DNA from: Thermoplasmata archaeon
Lineage (GTDB): Archaea > Thermoplasmatota > E2 > DHVEG-1
Assembly: GCA_020054495.1 (NCBI GenBank)
Contig: JAHWGK010000008.1
Location: 2,883 to 66,882 of the forward strand
Direction of reading: 5' to 3'
Length of the DNA stretch: 64,000 nucleotides
A program made the translations under genes and the position numbers. The stretch's first letter is position 1, and every line of letters begins with the position of its first letter. Positions 39,462 to 49,702 of this stretch are shown one piece after another. Under the pieces are notes generated by a model. The model saw only the letters and a list, made by a program, of their open reading frames with translations, made no database searches and was not told the origin of the DNA.

Positions 39462-41900
39462 ATGATTAAAAATACAAAAAAAATAAAAATCATTGGAGCT
39501 GCATTTTTACTTGTTTTGGCATCTTTACCAACTGTTTTTGGAATGGCAACTAATACAACTGCACTAGATGGTGTTAGTGGACAAGTTGGATTTGAGGTTA
39601 AAAATATTGATGAAACAACAATTGAAATAAATGTGAATCCTCAAGATTTTGTTTTTAAAAGTGTAAAAACCGAAGATGGCATATTTGCAACTATTTCATT
39701 ACCAAGTTATGGATTTACTTATGTTAAGGGCGAAGCAAAATTACCAATCATTAGAAGGATGATTGAAATACCCCAAGAATCAAATCCAGAAATACTTGTT
39801 ACGTCAATTTCTTGGGATGATACTACACTTGATGAATTGAACCTTCCAAATAGGATCATTCCTGCTCAACAATCAGTTGAAAAGATACCAGAACCAATAG
39901 ATGATTTTGTAGTAGATGAAAAATATTATTCAACTGATACATTTATGCCGGAAACAATTGCAAAAATTGTTGAAACCGGAGAAATACGTTCCAGACGTTT
40001 TGCACTGGTTGAAGTTTCACCTATACAATACAAACCTGCGACTGGTGAATTAAAAATCATAAATTCTTGTGAAATAGCAATAAATCTACCAAATAGTGAT
40101 ATGACTAAAACATATGAAAAAATAAATCGTTATTCTTCTCCAAGTTTTGAAAAAATGTTTGAGGTCGCCTTTCAAAATTATGGTTTTTATGAAAGCGGCA
40201 TTGAAAATAGAGACCAAGAGGGCATCTTAATTATTGTTTATGATAGCTTTTATGAGGAAATTCAACCGCTTGTAAATTTGAAAACAAGCAAGGGATATGA
40301 TGTTACTGTTACAAAAACATCACAAATACCTGGTGGTCCAACAAAAGAAAATATATATGACTATATTGAGGATGCTTACAATACTTGGACGATTCCTCCA
40401 ACATATGTTTTACTTGTTGGAGACACACCACAGATACCAACATATTCTGGAACAACAGGACCATCTGCTGTTGATCTTTATTATGTTACAGTTGATGGAT
40501 CTGATTATTTTCCAGATATCTACATAGGAAGATTCCCAGGATCTCAAGAGTCTCAAATTGAAGCTATGGTCGAAAAATCTGTTTATTATGAAACGGGTAA
40601 TTTTCCATTGAATGAATGGATTAAAAAAGCAGCATTTTTAGCTTCGACTGATAATTATCAAATTTCTGAAGGAACACATAACTATGTAATTGATAATTTT
40701 CTTAATCCAAATGGTTACACTTGTGATAAACTTTATACTGTTTCATATGGTGCGACAACTCAAGATGTTCATGATTCAATAAATGACGGGCGAAGCCTTG
40801 TTGCCTTCTCAGGTCATGGCAGTCCAAGCGGATGGGGAGATGGTCCGTCCTTCTACCAATCAGATGTACAGGCTCTAATGAATGAAGATATGTATCCATT
40901 TGTTTGTAGCCATTCTTGTTCAACAAATACATTTGACGATTCAGAATGTTTTGGAGAAACCTGGCTTCGTGAGGCTGACAAAGGAGGAATTGGCTTTTGG
41001 GGAGCATCTGCCAGTACCTATTGGGATGAGGACGATATTCTTGAGAAAGCAATGTTTCAAGCCTGGTGGGAAGACGACCTCGAATGGCTTGGCGGCATGA
41101 CTGACATGGGGCTAATTTATCTATATGAAAACTACAGCGGCGGCGGTTCCACAAAATACTACTTCGAAGCTTACAATCTTAATGGTGATCCATCCTTAAG
41201 ATTATGGAGTGATGACCCAAATAGTCCACCAGAGATTCCTGAGAAACCAGATGGACCATCAGAAGGAGTTCAATATGGGGAATTAACATTTTCTACAAGC
41301 ACAACAGACCCTGAAGGAGAACAAATTAGATACGGATGGGACTTTGATGAAGATGATGTAGTGGATAAGTGGACAAATTTCTATAACTCAGGAGAAACAG
41401 TTTATGCATCCCACATCTGGGAAGTACCTGGAGTATATGATATTAAGGTAATGGCTGAAGATTTAAACAATCGTCAAAGTGGATGGTCAGAACCATTAAC
41501 TGTAACAATTGGTGAAAATAGTGCTCCAGAAAAACCAACAATAACTGGTCCAACTTCTGGAAAAGTTGGAGTACCCCTAGATTTCAATGTTGTAACAACA
41601 GATCCCGAAGGACACGATATATATTACATGGTTCTATGGGGAGACGGCAATATGGAAGACTATACAGGACCATATGCATCAGGTGAAGAAGCAACATTTA
41701 GCCATGTATGGAGCTCAGTAGGTGAATTTAATATTATTGTAAAAGCACAAGATCATTTCGGAGCAAAAAGCCCACAGAACAACCTCGAATTAAGTATAAC
41801 CAAGAACAAAGCAGTAACTAACCCAGTATTTCTTCAGCTTCTCGAGAAATTAATGGATCGTTTTCCATTTATCGAGCGGCTTCTACTAAATCTTTGTTAA
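39462..41900 (+). CDS. Secreted C25 (gingipain-like) cysteine peptidase with PKD domains
   Basis: YVLLVGD, IGRFP, SGHGS, HSCS, LNGDP; two PKD repeats. Confidence 0.87.
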   Translation: MIKNTKKIKIIGAAFLLVLASLPTVFGMATNTTALDGVSGQVGFEVKNIDETTIEINVNPQDFVFKSVKTEDGIFATISLPSYGFTYVKGEAKLPIIRRMIEIPQESNPEILVTSISWDDTTLDELNLPNRIIPAQQSVEKIPEPIDDFVVDEKYYSTDTFMPETIAKIVETGEIRSRRFALVEVSPIQYKPATGELKIINSCEIAINLPNSDMTKTYEKINRYSSPSFEKMFEVAFQNYGFYESGIENRDQEGILIIVYDSFYEEIQPLVNLKTSKGYDVTVTKTSQIPGGPTKENIYDYIEDAYNTWTIPPTYVLLVGDTPQIPTYSGTTGPSAVDLYYVTVDGSDYFPDIYIGRFPGSQESQIEAMVEKSVYYETGNFPLNEWIKKAAFLASTDNYQISEGTHNYVIDNFLNPNGYTCDKLYTVSYGATTQDVHDSINDGRSLVAFSGHGSPSGWGDGPSFYQSDVQALMNEDMYPFVCSHSCSTNTFDDSECFGETWLREADKGGIGFWGASASTYWDEDDILEKAMFQAWWEDDLEWLGGMTDMGLIYLYENYSGGGSTKYYFEAYNLNGDPSLRLWSDDPNSPPEIPEKPDGPSEGVQYGELTFSTSTTDPEGEQIRYGWDFDEDDVVDKWTNFYNSGETVYASHIWEVPGVYDIKVMAEDLNNRQSGWSEPLTVTIGENSAPEKPTITGPTSGKVGVPLDFNVVTTDPEGHDIYYMVLWGDGNMEDYTGPYASGEEATFSHVWSSVGEFNIIVKAQDHFGAKSPQNNLELSITKNKAVTNPVFLQLLEKLMDRFPFIERLLLNLC
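41526..41830 (+). repeat. Shared C-terminal PKD cassette, copy C
   Basis: Segments match copies D, B and A in turn. Confidence 0.9.
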
Positions 41901-41945
41901 TTTTCAATAAATTTTTTTTCCCAAAGATTTAAAACCTTCAATTGG

Positions 41946-41959
41946 TTAACAGATGTTAA
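41946..41959. promoter_or_regulatory. Palindrome TTAACA-GA-TGTTAA upstream of third C25 gene
   Basis: Starts 18 bp after a TTTAAAA box at 41928; same motif and spacing as 36870. Confidence 0.55.
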
Positions 41960-41982
41960 TCATATATATGTGGAGGTAAAAT

Positions 41983-44724
41983 ATGAGAGACTATACTTTT
42001 AAGGAGATAAAAAGAAGTAGAAGCGGTATTGGTGTAATTTTTTGTGTTTTTTTACTCATTGCATCCATCGCTACAGCAATTGATATACCAAAAGAGTTAG
42101 ATGAAAAAGATGGCAGCAAAACGGATAGCTTGAGTTATACGTTTCTTTTTGAAGAGCCTAGTTTTCAAATAACAGAAGCAAATGATCAAGAATTTTCATT
42201 AATAGAAATGGGCGGATGTATTGCAATAGGAAAAAATGCTGGTCATCCCATGATGCCAGTTAAACCTGTTACTTTACTTCTTCCACCGAAAAAAACAGTT
42301 TCAAATGTAGAAATTAATGGAATTCCTGCAAATGTCGATCTAGCAGGTATTGATTTGGTGGAAAAACCAGTTTTTCCATATCAAAATCCAGTACCATTTG
42401 GACATTCTCCTGGCGATTTTGAATATGATAATGGCCTTTATTCTACTGATGCTTTTTATCCAAGTGTTTTACAAGACGAGTATCATATCGGCTATTCCCG
42501 AGGGTATGCAATATTTGATATATCGCTTAATCCAATAAAATTTAATCCTGTAGATGGAAACTTATTATATTACTCTGAGATGACAATTAATATCGAACTT
42601 GAAGAAACAGAAGCAAATCCGCTTTTTAGAAATAATCCAGAAGACAAAGCATGGGTTGAAAAACTTGTTTATAATCCAGATGCAACAAAATATTATACAC
42701 CGGATTTAGCAGCTTTTAGTTATGATGGTGGCCTTTGTGATCCAGGTGATGATTATGATTATGTCATTATAACTACAACCTATAATAGTCTTGATTACTG
42801 GAGTACAGGTGGCTCTACACCATATAATTGGGAGAGTCTTATGGATAAACATGAATCTGAAGATGGCATGAGTTGTACACTTGTTACAGTTCAGGATATT
42901 GAGGCCTGTTCTGATTATGGAAATTCAAATCCATTGTTTGACGATCAAGAGGCACATATTCGAGAATTTGCCAAAGATGCATATCAAGACTGGGGAACTT
43001 CATATATACTTATTGGCGGTGATGATGAGTGGATAAACGCGCGTCATATGGATACAAATTACGAAGGCAACATTGATTCAGATATTTACTGGAGCAATCT
43101 TGATAGTACGTTTAATGAGGATGGAGATTATGATTGGGGTGAAGAAGGCGACAATGGTTTTGATCTTTATGCCGAGATCTTTATTGGTCGTGTTACTTGC
43201 GATACGCCACAAGATGTATCAAATTGGTTGACTAAGAGCTTTTACTATGCTGATAGTATGGATGACGTCTATTTGGATAATGCAGCATTTTATGGTGGAA
43301 ATACTGGTTGGAATTGTCAGGGTGATGATTTCATGGACTACAGTGCCATTAAGGGAACTAATGATTGGCTTGGCCCGAATCCTGGTGCTGATGGACCGTT
43401 TCCTACATGGGCCGGTTTCCAATTTGGCTTTGAAACTTGGAATGCTGAAAACCCTGATGATCAATATGATATTTCAGTCCAGTGGACTGCAGAACCGCCA
43501 AATCCTGGTTGGCAAGGCGGATCAGAATCTGCAGCTATAAACGGACTGAAAAATGACATTAACAACGATCAAGTGACAATTTTGAGCGGCATGGCCCATG
43601 CAAATTCTCAGATGTCGCTAGATGTTTCTTCAAGCAACTGGGAATCTGATTACCATAACACGAAACCTTTCTTCATCCATGACTATGGATGCCATTGTGG
43701 TGACATGGATGCATCAGATGATGGCGTCCTTCACTCAATGTTATTCCACAGTGATACAGAACTTGCTTTTGCAGCTGTATACAATACATGTTACGGATGG
43801 GGTAATTTTGATACAACAAATTCAAGCAGTGCGTTCCAGACAAAAGAGTTCTGGTCATACTTCCTTGATATGAAAAACAAATCTGGAGATTTTAATAGTT
43901 GGCAACTTGGAAAAGCACATGCCTTTTCCAAAGATAGAATGGCTCCAACAATTAACTGGGATTATTCAACTGGCACATGGCGGGCTATTATCCAAGGCTG
44001 TCTATTATTTGGAGATCCTGCACAACAACTCAAAACACCACACCAAAGCGAACCTCCAGCAAACCCAGATGCACCAGATGGGCCAGATGACTGGATTCCT
44101 AACGTAGAATGCACGTTTTCTGCAGTCACAACTGATCCTGAAGGGGAACAAATTTTTTATATGTTTGACTGGGGCGACGGAACCTTTAGTAATTGGCTAG
44201 GACCCTATTCTTCCGGGCAAACTATAGATGAATCTCATATCTGGACAGAATTGGGAAACTATGAAATAAGTGTAAAAGCAAGAGACATATGGGGCGTATC
44301 AAGCGATTGGTCAGAACCAGCAGTTCTTTCAATTATTCCGAATAAACCACCTGAAAAACCAACAATCACTGGACCTACCTCTGGAAAAGTTGGAGTACCC
44401 CTAGACTTCAATGTTGTAACAACAGATCCCGAAGGACACGATATATATTACATGGTTCTGTGGGGAGATGGAAGCTATGTGGATTATACAGGCCCATATG
44501 CATCAGGTGAAGAGGCAACATTTAGCCATACATGGACTTCAGCTGGAGAATTTAATATTGTAGTAAAAGCACAAGATCATTTCGGAGCAAAAAGCCCACA
44601 GAACAACCTCGAATTAAGTATAACCAAGAATAAGGCTGTTACTAATTCGGTATTACTTCAATTTCTTGAAAAACTAATGGATCTTTTCCCACTGTTAGAA
44701 CAAATACTGCAAAATATAGTCTGA
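41983..44724 (+). CDS. Secreted C25 (gingipain-like) cysteine peptidase with PKD domains
   Basis: YILIGGD, IGRV, MAHAN, YGCH, LFGDP; two PKD repeats. Confidence 0.82.
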   Translation: MRDYTFKEIKRSRSGIGVIFCVFLLIASIATAIDIPKELDEKDGSKTDSLSYTFLFEEPSFQITEANDQEFSLIEMGGCIAIGKNAGHPMMPVKPVTLLLPPKKTVSNVEINGIPANVDLAGIDLVEKPVFPYQNPVPFGHSPGDFEYDNGLYSTDAFYPSVLQDEYHIGYSRGYAIFDISLNPIKFNPVDGNLLYYSEMTINIELEETEANPLFRNNPEDKAWVEKLVYNPDATKYYTPDLAAFSYDGGLCDPGDDYDYVIITTTYNSLDYWSTGGSTPYNWESLMDKHESEDGMSCTLVTVQDIEACSDYGNSNPLFDDQEAHIREFAKDAYQDWGTSYILIGGDDEWINARHMDTNYEGNIDSDIYWSNLDSTFNEDGDYDWGEEGDNGFDLYAEIFIGRVTCDTPQDVSNWLTKSFYYADSMDDVYLDNAAFYGGNTGWNCQGDDFMDYSAIKGTNDWLGPNPGADGPFPTWAGFQFGFETWNAENPDDQYDISVQWTAEPPNPGWQGGSESAAINGLKNDINNDQVTILSGMAHANSQMSLDVSSSNWESDYHNTKPFFIHDYGCHCGDMDASDDGVLHSMLFHSDTELAFAAVYNTCYGWGNFDTTNSSSAFQTKEFWSYFLDMKNKSGDFNSWQLGKAHAFSKDRMAPTINWDYSTGTWRAIIQGCLLFGDPAQQLKTPHQSEPPANPDAPDGPDDWIPNVECTFSAVTTDPEGEQIFYMFDWGDGTFSNWLGPYSSGQTIDESHIWTELGNYEISVKARDIWGVSSDWSEPAVLSIIPNKPPEKPTITGPTSGKVGVPLDFNVVTTDPEGHDIYYMVLWGDGSYVDYTGPYASGEEATFSHTWTSAGEFNIVVKAQDHFGAKSPQNNLELSITKNKAVTNSVLLQFLEKLMDLFPLLEQILQNIV
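44308..44707 (+). repeat. Shared C-terminal PKD cassette, copy D
   Basis: 5' part matches copy A; tail 44641-44706 nearly identical to 46951-47016. Confidence 0.9.
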
Positions 44725-44874
44725 TAAACCACCAATCTCTATCTAAATCACTAAAACCCTTTTTTTCTTTATATATTAAAGTTAGAAAGGAGATCAGTAT
44801 TGGTCATAACTATTGGAATTTTATGTAAGATTTAAATATACTATTAACGATGATATTATTGGTGGAGGTAAAAA

Positions 44875-47034
44875 ATGAAAATAAAAAAACAAATTTTTTT
44901 AACAGCAATTTTCGTAATTATTGGGCTGGTAATATCTAATGCAACTGGTAGTATTATGTTGATGCCTTTGACTGATAACACTCTTAAAGATATCGCGTCT
45001 TTATCTGGTGATATATTTGAAGGGAACGATGAAGAAGTTGTTTCAGTATTAGTTTATTTAAAAGATCAGGTTGACCTTGATGCCATCAATGGGCAGATGG
45101 ATGAGCAGCGAGCAACACTACAAGATCGCCATGAGACAACAGTTGTTACACTTCAAAATACTGCATATGCAACGCAACCTCAACTAGTTGAATATCTAAA
45201 TGAACTTCAGAGTCAAAAATTTGTAAAAGAATTTAAGTCTTTTTGGATTAGAAATATTATTCGAGTTGATACCTATCAAAGTGTTGTTGATGAAATCGCT
45301 AAACGTGATGATGTTTTAAGGGTGTATCCAAACTATAATATTGAATTAATTGAACCAACAGGCGAAAGATTTGATGGTAAATCTGGTAATAAAGATGACA
45401 TTGAAATTGGTGTTATAGCTGTTAGAGCACCAGAGGTCTGGGATATGGGCATCACAGGTGAAGGTGTCCTTGTTGCAACAATTGATACTGGAGTAGATGG
45501 TAACCACCCTGCACTTGCTGATAGATGGGCAGGTGTAGCAGATCCCAGATATGAAGGACATCCAGAGTGGGCATGGTTTGACCCATATGCAGGTCAGAAC
45601 GATTTTCCTTATGATAGCAATGGTCATGGCACTCATACAATGGGTACTGTATGTGGTGGTACACCAGGGGATCAAATTGGTGTTGCACCAGGTGCCCTGT
45701 GGATATCAGCAGGAGCTATCGACAGAGGCGGGGGCATTTCTCAAACTGTTTCAGATGCAATAGAATCATTCGAATGGATGATTGATCCTGATGGTGATCC
45801 ATCAACAAATTGGGATGTCCCAGCAGTTTGTTCAAATTCATGGAGGTTAACTACGGGGCATGGATATCCGCCCTGCGATGAAACATTTTGGACTTTTCTT
45901 GATGCTTGTGAATCTGCAGGAACTGTTATAATCTTCTCAGCTGGCAACGAGGGTTATTCGGGTTTAGGTAGACCTTCTGACCGAGCAACTGATGATTATC
46001 GAACCTTTGCAGTTGCAGCAGTTGATGCAAATAATCCAAGCTGGCCAATTGCAGGTTTTTCATCTAGAGGTCCAACATATTGTACTCCAACTGGCGGTGC
46101 AGCAATTAAACCAGATATCGCAGCACCCGGTGTTGATGTACGTTCATCAGTGCCAGGTGGCGGTTATGGATACAAAGATGGTACTTCGATGGCTTCACCA
46201 CATATCAATGGTGTTGTCGCACTAATGCGTGAAGTTAATCCAAATATAAGTGTTGAGGAAATAAAAGAAATCATATATCAAGCAGCATATGACTTAGGTA
46301 GTCCAGGTGAAGATAACGATTATGGCTGGGGAATGGTTGATGCCTATGAAGCAGTTTTGCTTACCAATCAACATCCAGATACGCCTGTTATTGATGGCCC
46401 AACAAATGGAAACGCAGATGCCTCTTATGATTTTACATTCAAATCAGTAGACCCAGAAGGTGATGATGTTTATTACTGGATTGACTGGGGAGATGGTACC
46501 TCCAGTGAATGGATAGGACCTTACAATACAGGTGAAGAGATAATTGTGAACCACACATGGAATAATCCAGATACATATGAAATCAGAGCGAAAGCCAAGG
46601 ATGATAATGGTGAGAGTGACTGGTCAGAACCGCATATTATTTCAATTGTTAATCAACCACCAGAAAAACCAACAATCACTGGACCAACCTCTGGTAAAGT
46701 TGGAGTATCCCTAGATTTCACTGTTGTTACAACAGACCCCGAGGGCCACGATGTATACTACCGGTTTGTATGGGGAGACGGCAGCTATATAGACTATACA
46801 GGTCCATATGCATCAGGTGAAGAAGCAACATTTAGCCATACATGGACTTCAGCTGGAGAATTTAATATTGTAGTAAAAGCACAAGATCATTTAGGAGCAA
46901 AAAGCCCCCAGAACAACCTCGAATTAAGTATAACCAAGAACAAAGCATTAACTAATTCGGTACTACTTCAATTTCTTGAAAAACTAATGGATCTTTTCCC
47001 ACTGTTAGAACAAATATTACTAAACTTGCGTTGA
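44875..47034 (+). CDS. Secreted S8 subtilisin-like serine peptidase with PKD domains
   Basis: IDTG, HGTHTMG and GTSMASPH triad; FSAGN; two PKD repeats. Confidence 0.93.
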   Translation: MKIKKQIFLTAIFVIIGLVISNATGSIMLMPLTDNTLKDIASLSGDIFEGNDEEVVSVLVYLKDQVDLDAINGQMDEQRATLQDRHETTVVTLQNTAYATQPQLVEYLNELQSQKFVKEFKSFWIRNIIRVDTYQSVVDEIAKRDDVLRVYPNYNIELIEPTGERFDGKSGNKDDIEIGVIAVRAPEVWDMGITGEGVLVATIDTGVDGNHPALADRWAGVADPRYEGHPEWAWFDPYAGQNDFPYDSNGHGTHTMGTVCGGTPGDQIGVAPGALWISAGAIDRGGGISQTVSDAIESFEWMIDPDGDPSTNWDVPAVCSNSWRLTTGHGYPPCDETFWTFLDACESAGTVIIFSAGNEGYSGLGRPSDRATDDYRTFAVAAVDANNPSWPIAGFSSRGPTYCTPTGGAAIKPDIAAPGVDVRSSVPGGGYGYKDGTSMASPHINGVVALMREVNPNISVEEIKEIIYQAAYDLGSPGEDNDYGWGMVDAYEAVLLTNQHPDTPVIDGPTNGNADASYDFTFKSVDPEGDDVYYWIDWGDGTSSEWIGPYNTGEEIIVNHTWNNPDTYEIRAKAKDDNGESDWSEPHIISIVNQPPEKPTITGPTSGKVGVSLDFTVVTTDPEGHDVYYRFVWGDGSYIDYTGPYASGEEATFSHTWTSAGEFNIVVKAQDHLGAKSPQNNLELSITKNKALTNSVLLQFLEKLMDLFPLLEQILLNLR
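46657..47016 (+). repeat. Shared C-terminal PKD cassette, copy E
   Basis: Near-identical to copies A and D. Confidence 0.9.
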
Positions 47035-47083
47035 GAAGTAAAACAATTTCTTCTCTTCTTTTTCTATTTTAAAGTATATTGTG

Positions 47084-47584
47084 TTAATAGATAACTACAG
47101 CTTTAACTCCATTTATCTTCCTTATTTTTGGAATTAGCATTCCTGGAACTTGATTTTCTGTTACGATAAAAAGTCTTGGTTCTTCGGAAAGCTCAAAGTC
47201 ATCAACAATTGCTTGTCTTATACTTATCTTTGCATCTGCAACAACCATTGCAACATTTGCAAGAATTCCAGGCATACTAGGATCTTCGGGAATTATTTCT
47301 ATTACGCCCCAGTTCATATCTGTAGCTACGTCTTTTAGGTGACAAGTCGGCTTCAATCTGGAAAAAACCTTTTGTAAATCTTTTTGCTCCATTATTGTTT
47401 TTATAGTACTAGTAATAATTCTTCTATCCAAATCAAAGGCTCGTGCTATCTTTGAATCCGAAAGTTCTATTTCTCCACAATAAATCTTATTATTACTTAC
47501 TTTAAGTCCATATTCAAGTAGTTTTTGCGTAAGTTTTTTCCTCTTAGGATATTGATTAAAATATTTTGCCAATTGTCGCCACAT
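47084..47584 (-). CDS. trpY: TrpY-like ACT-domain regulator of amino acid metabolism (COG2150)
   Basis: LLEYGL...IYCGEIEL...IARA.DLDRRII, PGILANV, ISIRQ; divergent from trpB2 with TGTACA boxes between. Confidence 0.78.
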   Translation of the reverse strand: MWRQLAKYFNQYPKRKKLTQKLLEYGLKVSNNKIYCGEIELSDSKIARAFDLDRRIITSTIKTIMEQKDLQKVFSRLKPTCHLKDVATDMNWGVIEIIPEDPSMPGILANVAMVVADAKISIRQAIVDDFELSEEPRLFIVTENQVPGMLIPKIRKINGVKAVVIY

Positions 47585-47638
47585 ATGAAAATCATTAATA
47601 ACCTATCATTATTTAACAATTACATTTATGTCAAAAAT

Positions 47639-47664
47639 TGTACATTAATGTACATTAATGCTCA
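47639..47664. promoter_or_regulatory. TRP boxes: TGTACA-ttaa-TGTACA-ttaa-tgctca
   Basis: Two perfect and one degenerate TGTACA with 4-bp spacers directly before TTTATATA (47668-47675). Confidence 0.75.
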
Positions 47665-47705
47665 ATATTTATATAGTATTGAAGACATAATAGTATGTGA
47701 TAAGT

Positions 47706-49067
47706 ATGACAAAAACTAAAATACTGCTTGATGAAAATGACATTCCAAAAAAATGGTATAATATTCAGGCTGATTTAAAAACACCATTAGATCCTCCATT
47801 AAATCCTAAAACTAAAAAGCCAATAGGTCCAAATGATCTAAAAGCAATATTTCCAATGGAGCTGATAAAACAAGAAGTAAGTACTGAAAGATACATTTCA
47901 ATTCCAGAGGAAATAAGGGAAATCTACCGTATATGGAGACCTACACCGCTATACAGAGCGAAAAACCTTGAGAAGGCTTTGAAGACACCGGCGAAAATAT
48001 ATTACAAATGGGAGGGAGTAAGTCCACCAGGGAGCCACAAACCAAACTCTGCTGTAGCACAAGCTTATTTTAATATGAAAGCTGGAATTACCCGAGTTGT
48101 AACAGAAACAGGAGCTGGACAATGGGGATCCGCTCTTGCTTTTGCAAGTAGCAAATTCAATCTCAAATGTAGAGTATATATGGTTAAATGCAGCTATGAA
48201 CAGAAACCTTACAGAAGAATACTCATGGAAAACTGGGGTGCAAAAGTATTTTCTAGTCCAACAAATCTCACAAAAAGTGGAAAAGAAATCCTTAAAAAAG
48301 ATCCAAATACACCAGGAAGCTTAGGAATATCAATAAGTGAAGCAGTCGAAGATGCAGCAACACATGAAGATACAAACTATTGCCTTGGCTCAGTATTAAA
48401 CCACGTTGTATTGCATCAGACAGTTATCGGTCTAGAATTAAAAAAACAGTTTGAACTCCTTGACGAATACCCAGATATAATTTGCGGATGCGTCGGTGGT
48501 GGAAGTAACTTTGCTGGAACAAGTTTTCCATTCATTAGAGATAAAATTATAGGAAAAAAACCAGATCTAAAAATTGTATCTGTTGAACCACTGGTTTGTC
48601 CAACACTGACAAAGGGGGAATACCGGTACGACTTTGGAGATAGTGTTGGTCTTACACCCCTTCTTAAGATGTATACATTAGGACATGGTTTTGTACCCCC
48701 TGCAATTCACGCAGGCGGTTTGAGATATCACGGTGGTTCACCCCTGCTGTGTAAATTAACAAAAGAAAGGTACATGGAAGCACTTGCATATTATCAAAAT
48801 GAGGTATTTGAAGCAGCTACTCTTTTTGCAAAAACAGAAGGATTTGTTGTAGCACCAGAAGCTGCACATGCAGTAAAAGCAGCAATAGATTTTGCAAGAA
48901 TTTGTAAAAATGAAAACAAGAAAAAGATAATTGTTTTTGGAAACAGCGGACATGGACATTTTGATCTTTCAGCTTATGATGCATATAATAACAAGCAAAT
49001 GCAGAATTATGCTTATCCAGAAAAACTAATTACAAATAATCTAGAAAAATTACCCTTAATAAATTAA
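47706..49067 (+). CDS. trpB2: Tryptophan synthase beta chain, TrpB2 type
   Basis: [50 protein letters not shown]. Confidence 0.93.
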   Translation: MTKTKILLDENDIPKKWYNIQADLKTPLDPPLNPKTKKPIGPNDLKAIFPMELIKQEVSTERYISIPEEIREIYRIWRPTPLYRAKNLEKALKTPAKIYYKWEGVSPPGSHKPNSAVAQAYFNMKAGITRVVTETGAGQWGSALAFASSKFNLKCRVYMVKCSYEQKPYRRILMENWGAKVFSSPTNLTKSGKEILKKDPNTPGSLGISISEAVEDAATHEDTNYCLGSVLNHVVLHQTVIGLELKKQFELLDEYPDIICGCVGGGSNFAGTSFPFIRDKIIGKKPDLKIVSVEPLVCPTLTKGEYRYDFGDSVGLTPLLKMYTLGHGFVPPAIHAGGLRYHGGSPLLCKLTKERYMEALAYYQNEVFEAATLFAKTEGFVVAPEAAHAVKAAIDFARICKNENKKKIIVFGNSGHGHFDLSAYDAYNNKQMQNYAYPEKLITNNLEKLPLIN

Positions 49068-49114
49068 ACAACTTAGTTGCCAAAGAACCAAATAAAATAC
49101 CTTAAAAAAAGAAT

Positions 49115-49702
49115 CTACTTGCCTCTATTAAGGTTAGCACGAATACTAGGTCTAATCTTTTCAGCACCACGACCCTTATACATAAGACCTCTACCCTTTT
49201 GGCCAGCACTAGTTTTTCCTCTGAGAACTCTTCTTTTGTTGGAAGTGCTGGTGATCCAATTAATTTTTGGATCGTTCATAACTGCAGGATGAACTGGATC
49301 AACTAGAATTACTTCATAGTAATGATGCTTACCGTCTTCCCCAACCCAGTAAGAATTTAAAACCTCCATATTTGGATAACGTTTTGCGGTACGTTCTTCA
49401 GCAATTCTTTGTATACTCTTAGCTGCAGTAATTTTCGTAATACCTTTTGCAGATGGTTTCCTTCCACCTTTTATAGTTGGTTTTCTTAAACCCCCTCTTC
49501 TAACATATGAACGTACAACAATGTAACCTTGTTTTGCTTTATAACCAAGTGATCTTGCTCTATCGATTCTTAACGGTTTATCTACTCTTACAAAATTTTC
49601 TTCTTTTCTCCACTGAATGAGGCGCTGTTGCTGCGGTGACTTGTATGAAATATCAGGTTTCTTCCATTGATTCCCAACGTAATCATACATACTTTTTACC
49701 AT
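49115..49702 (-). CDS. rpl15e: 50S ribosomal protein eL15
   Basis: DRARSLGYKAKQG, EVLNSYWVGEDG, EVILVDP, RGKTSAG. Confidence 0.97.
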   Translation of the reverse strand: MVKSMYDYVGNQWKKPDISYKSPQQQRLIQWRKEENFVRVDKPLRIDRARSLGYKAKQGYIVVRSYVRRGGLRKPTIKGGRKPSAKGITKITAAKSIQRIAEERTAKRYPNMEVLNSYWVGEDGKHHYYEVILVDPVHPAVMNDPKINWITSTSNKRRVLRGKTSAGQKGRGLMYKGRGAEKIRPSIRANLNRGK

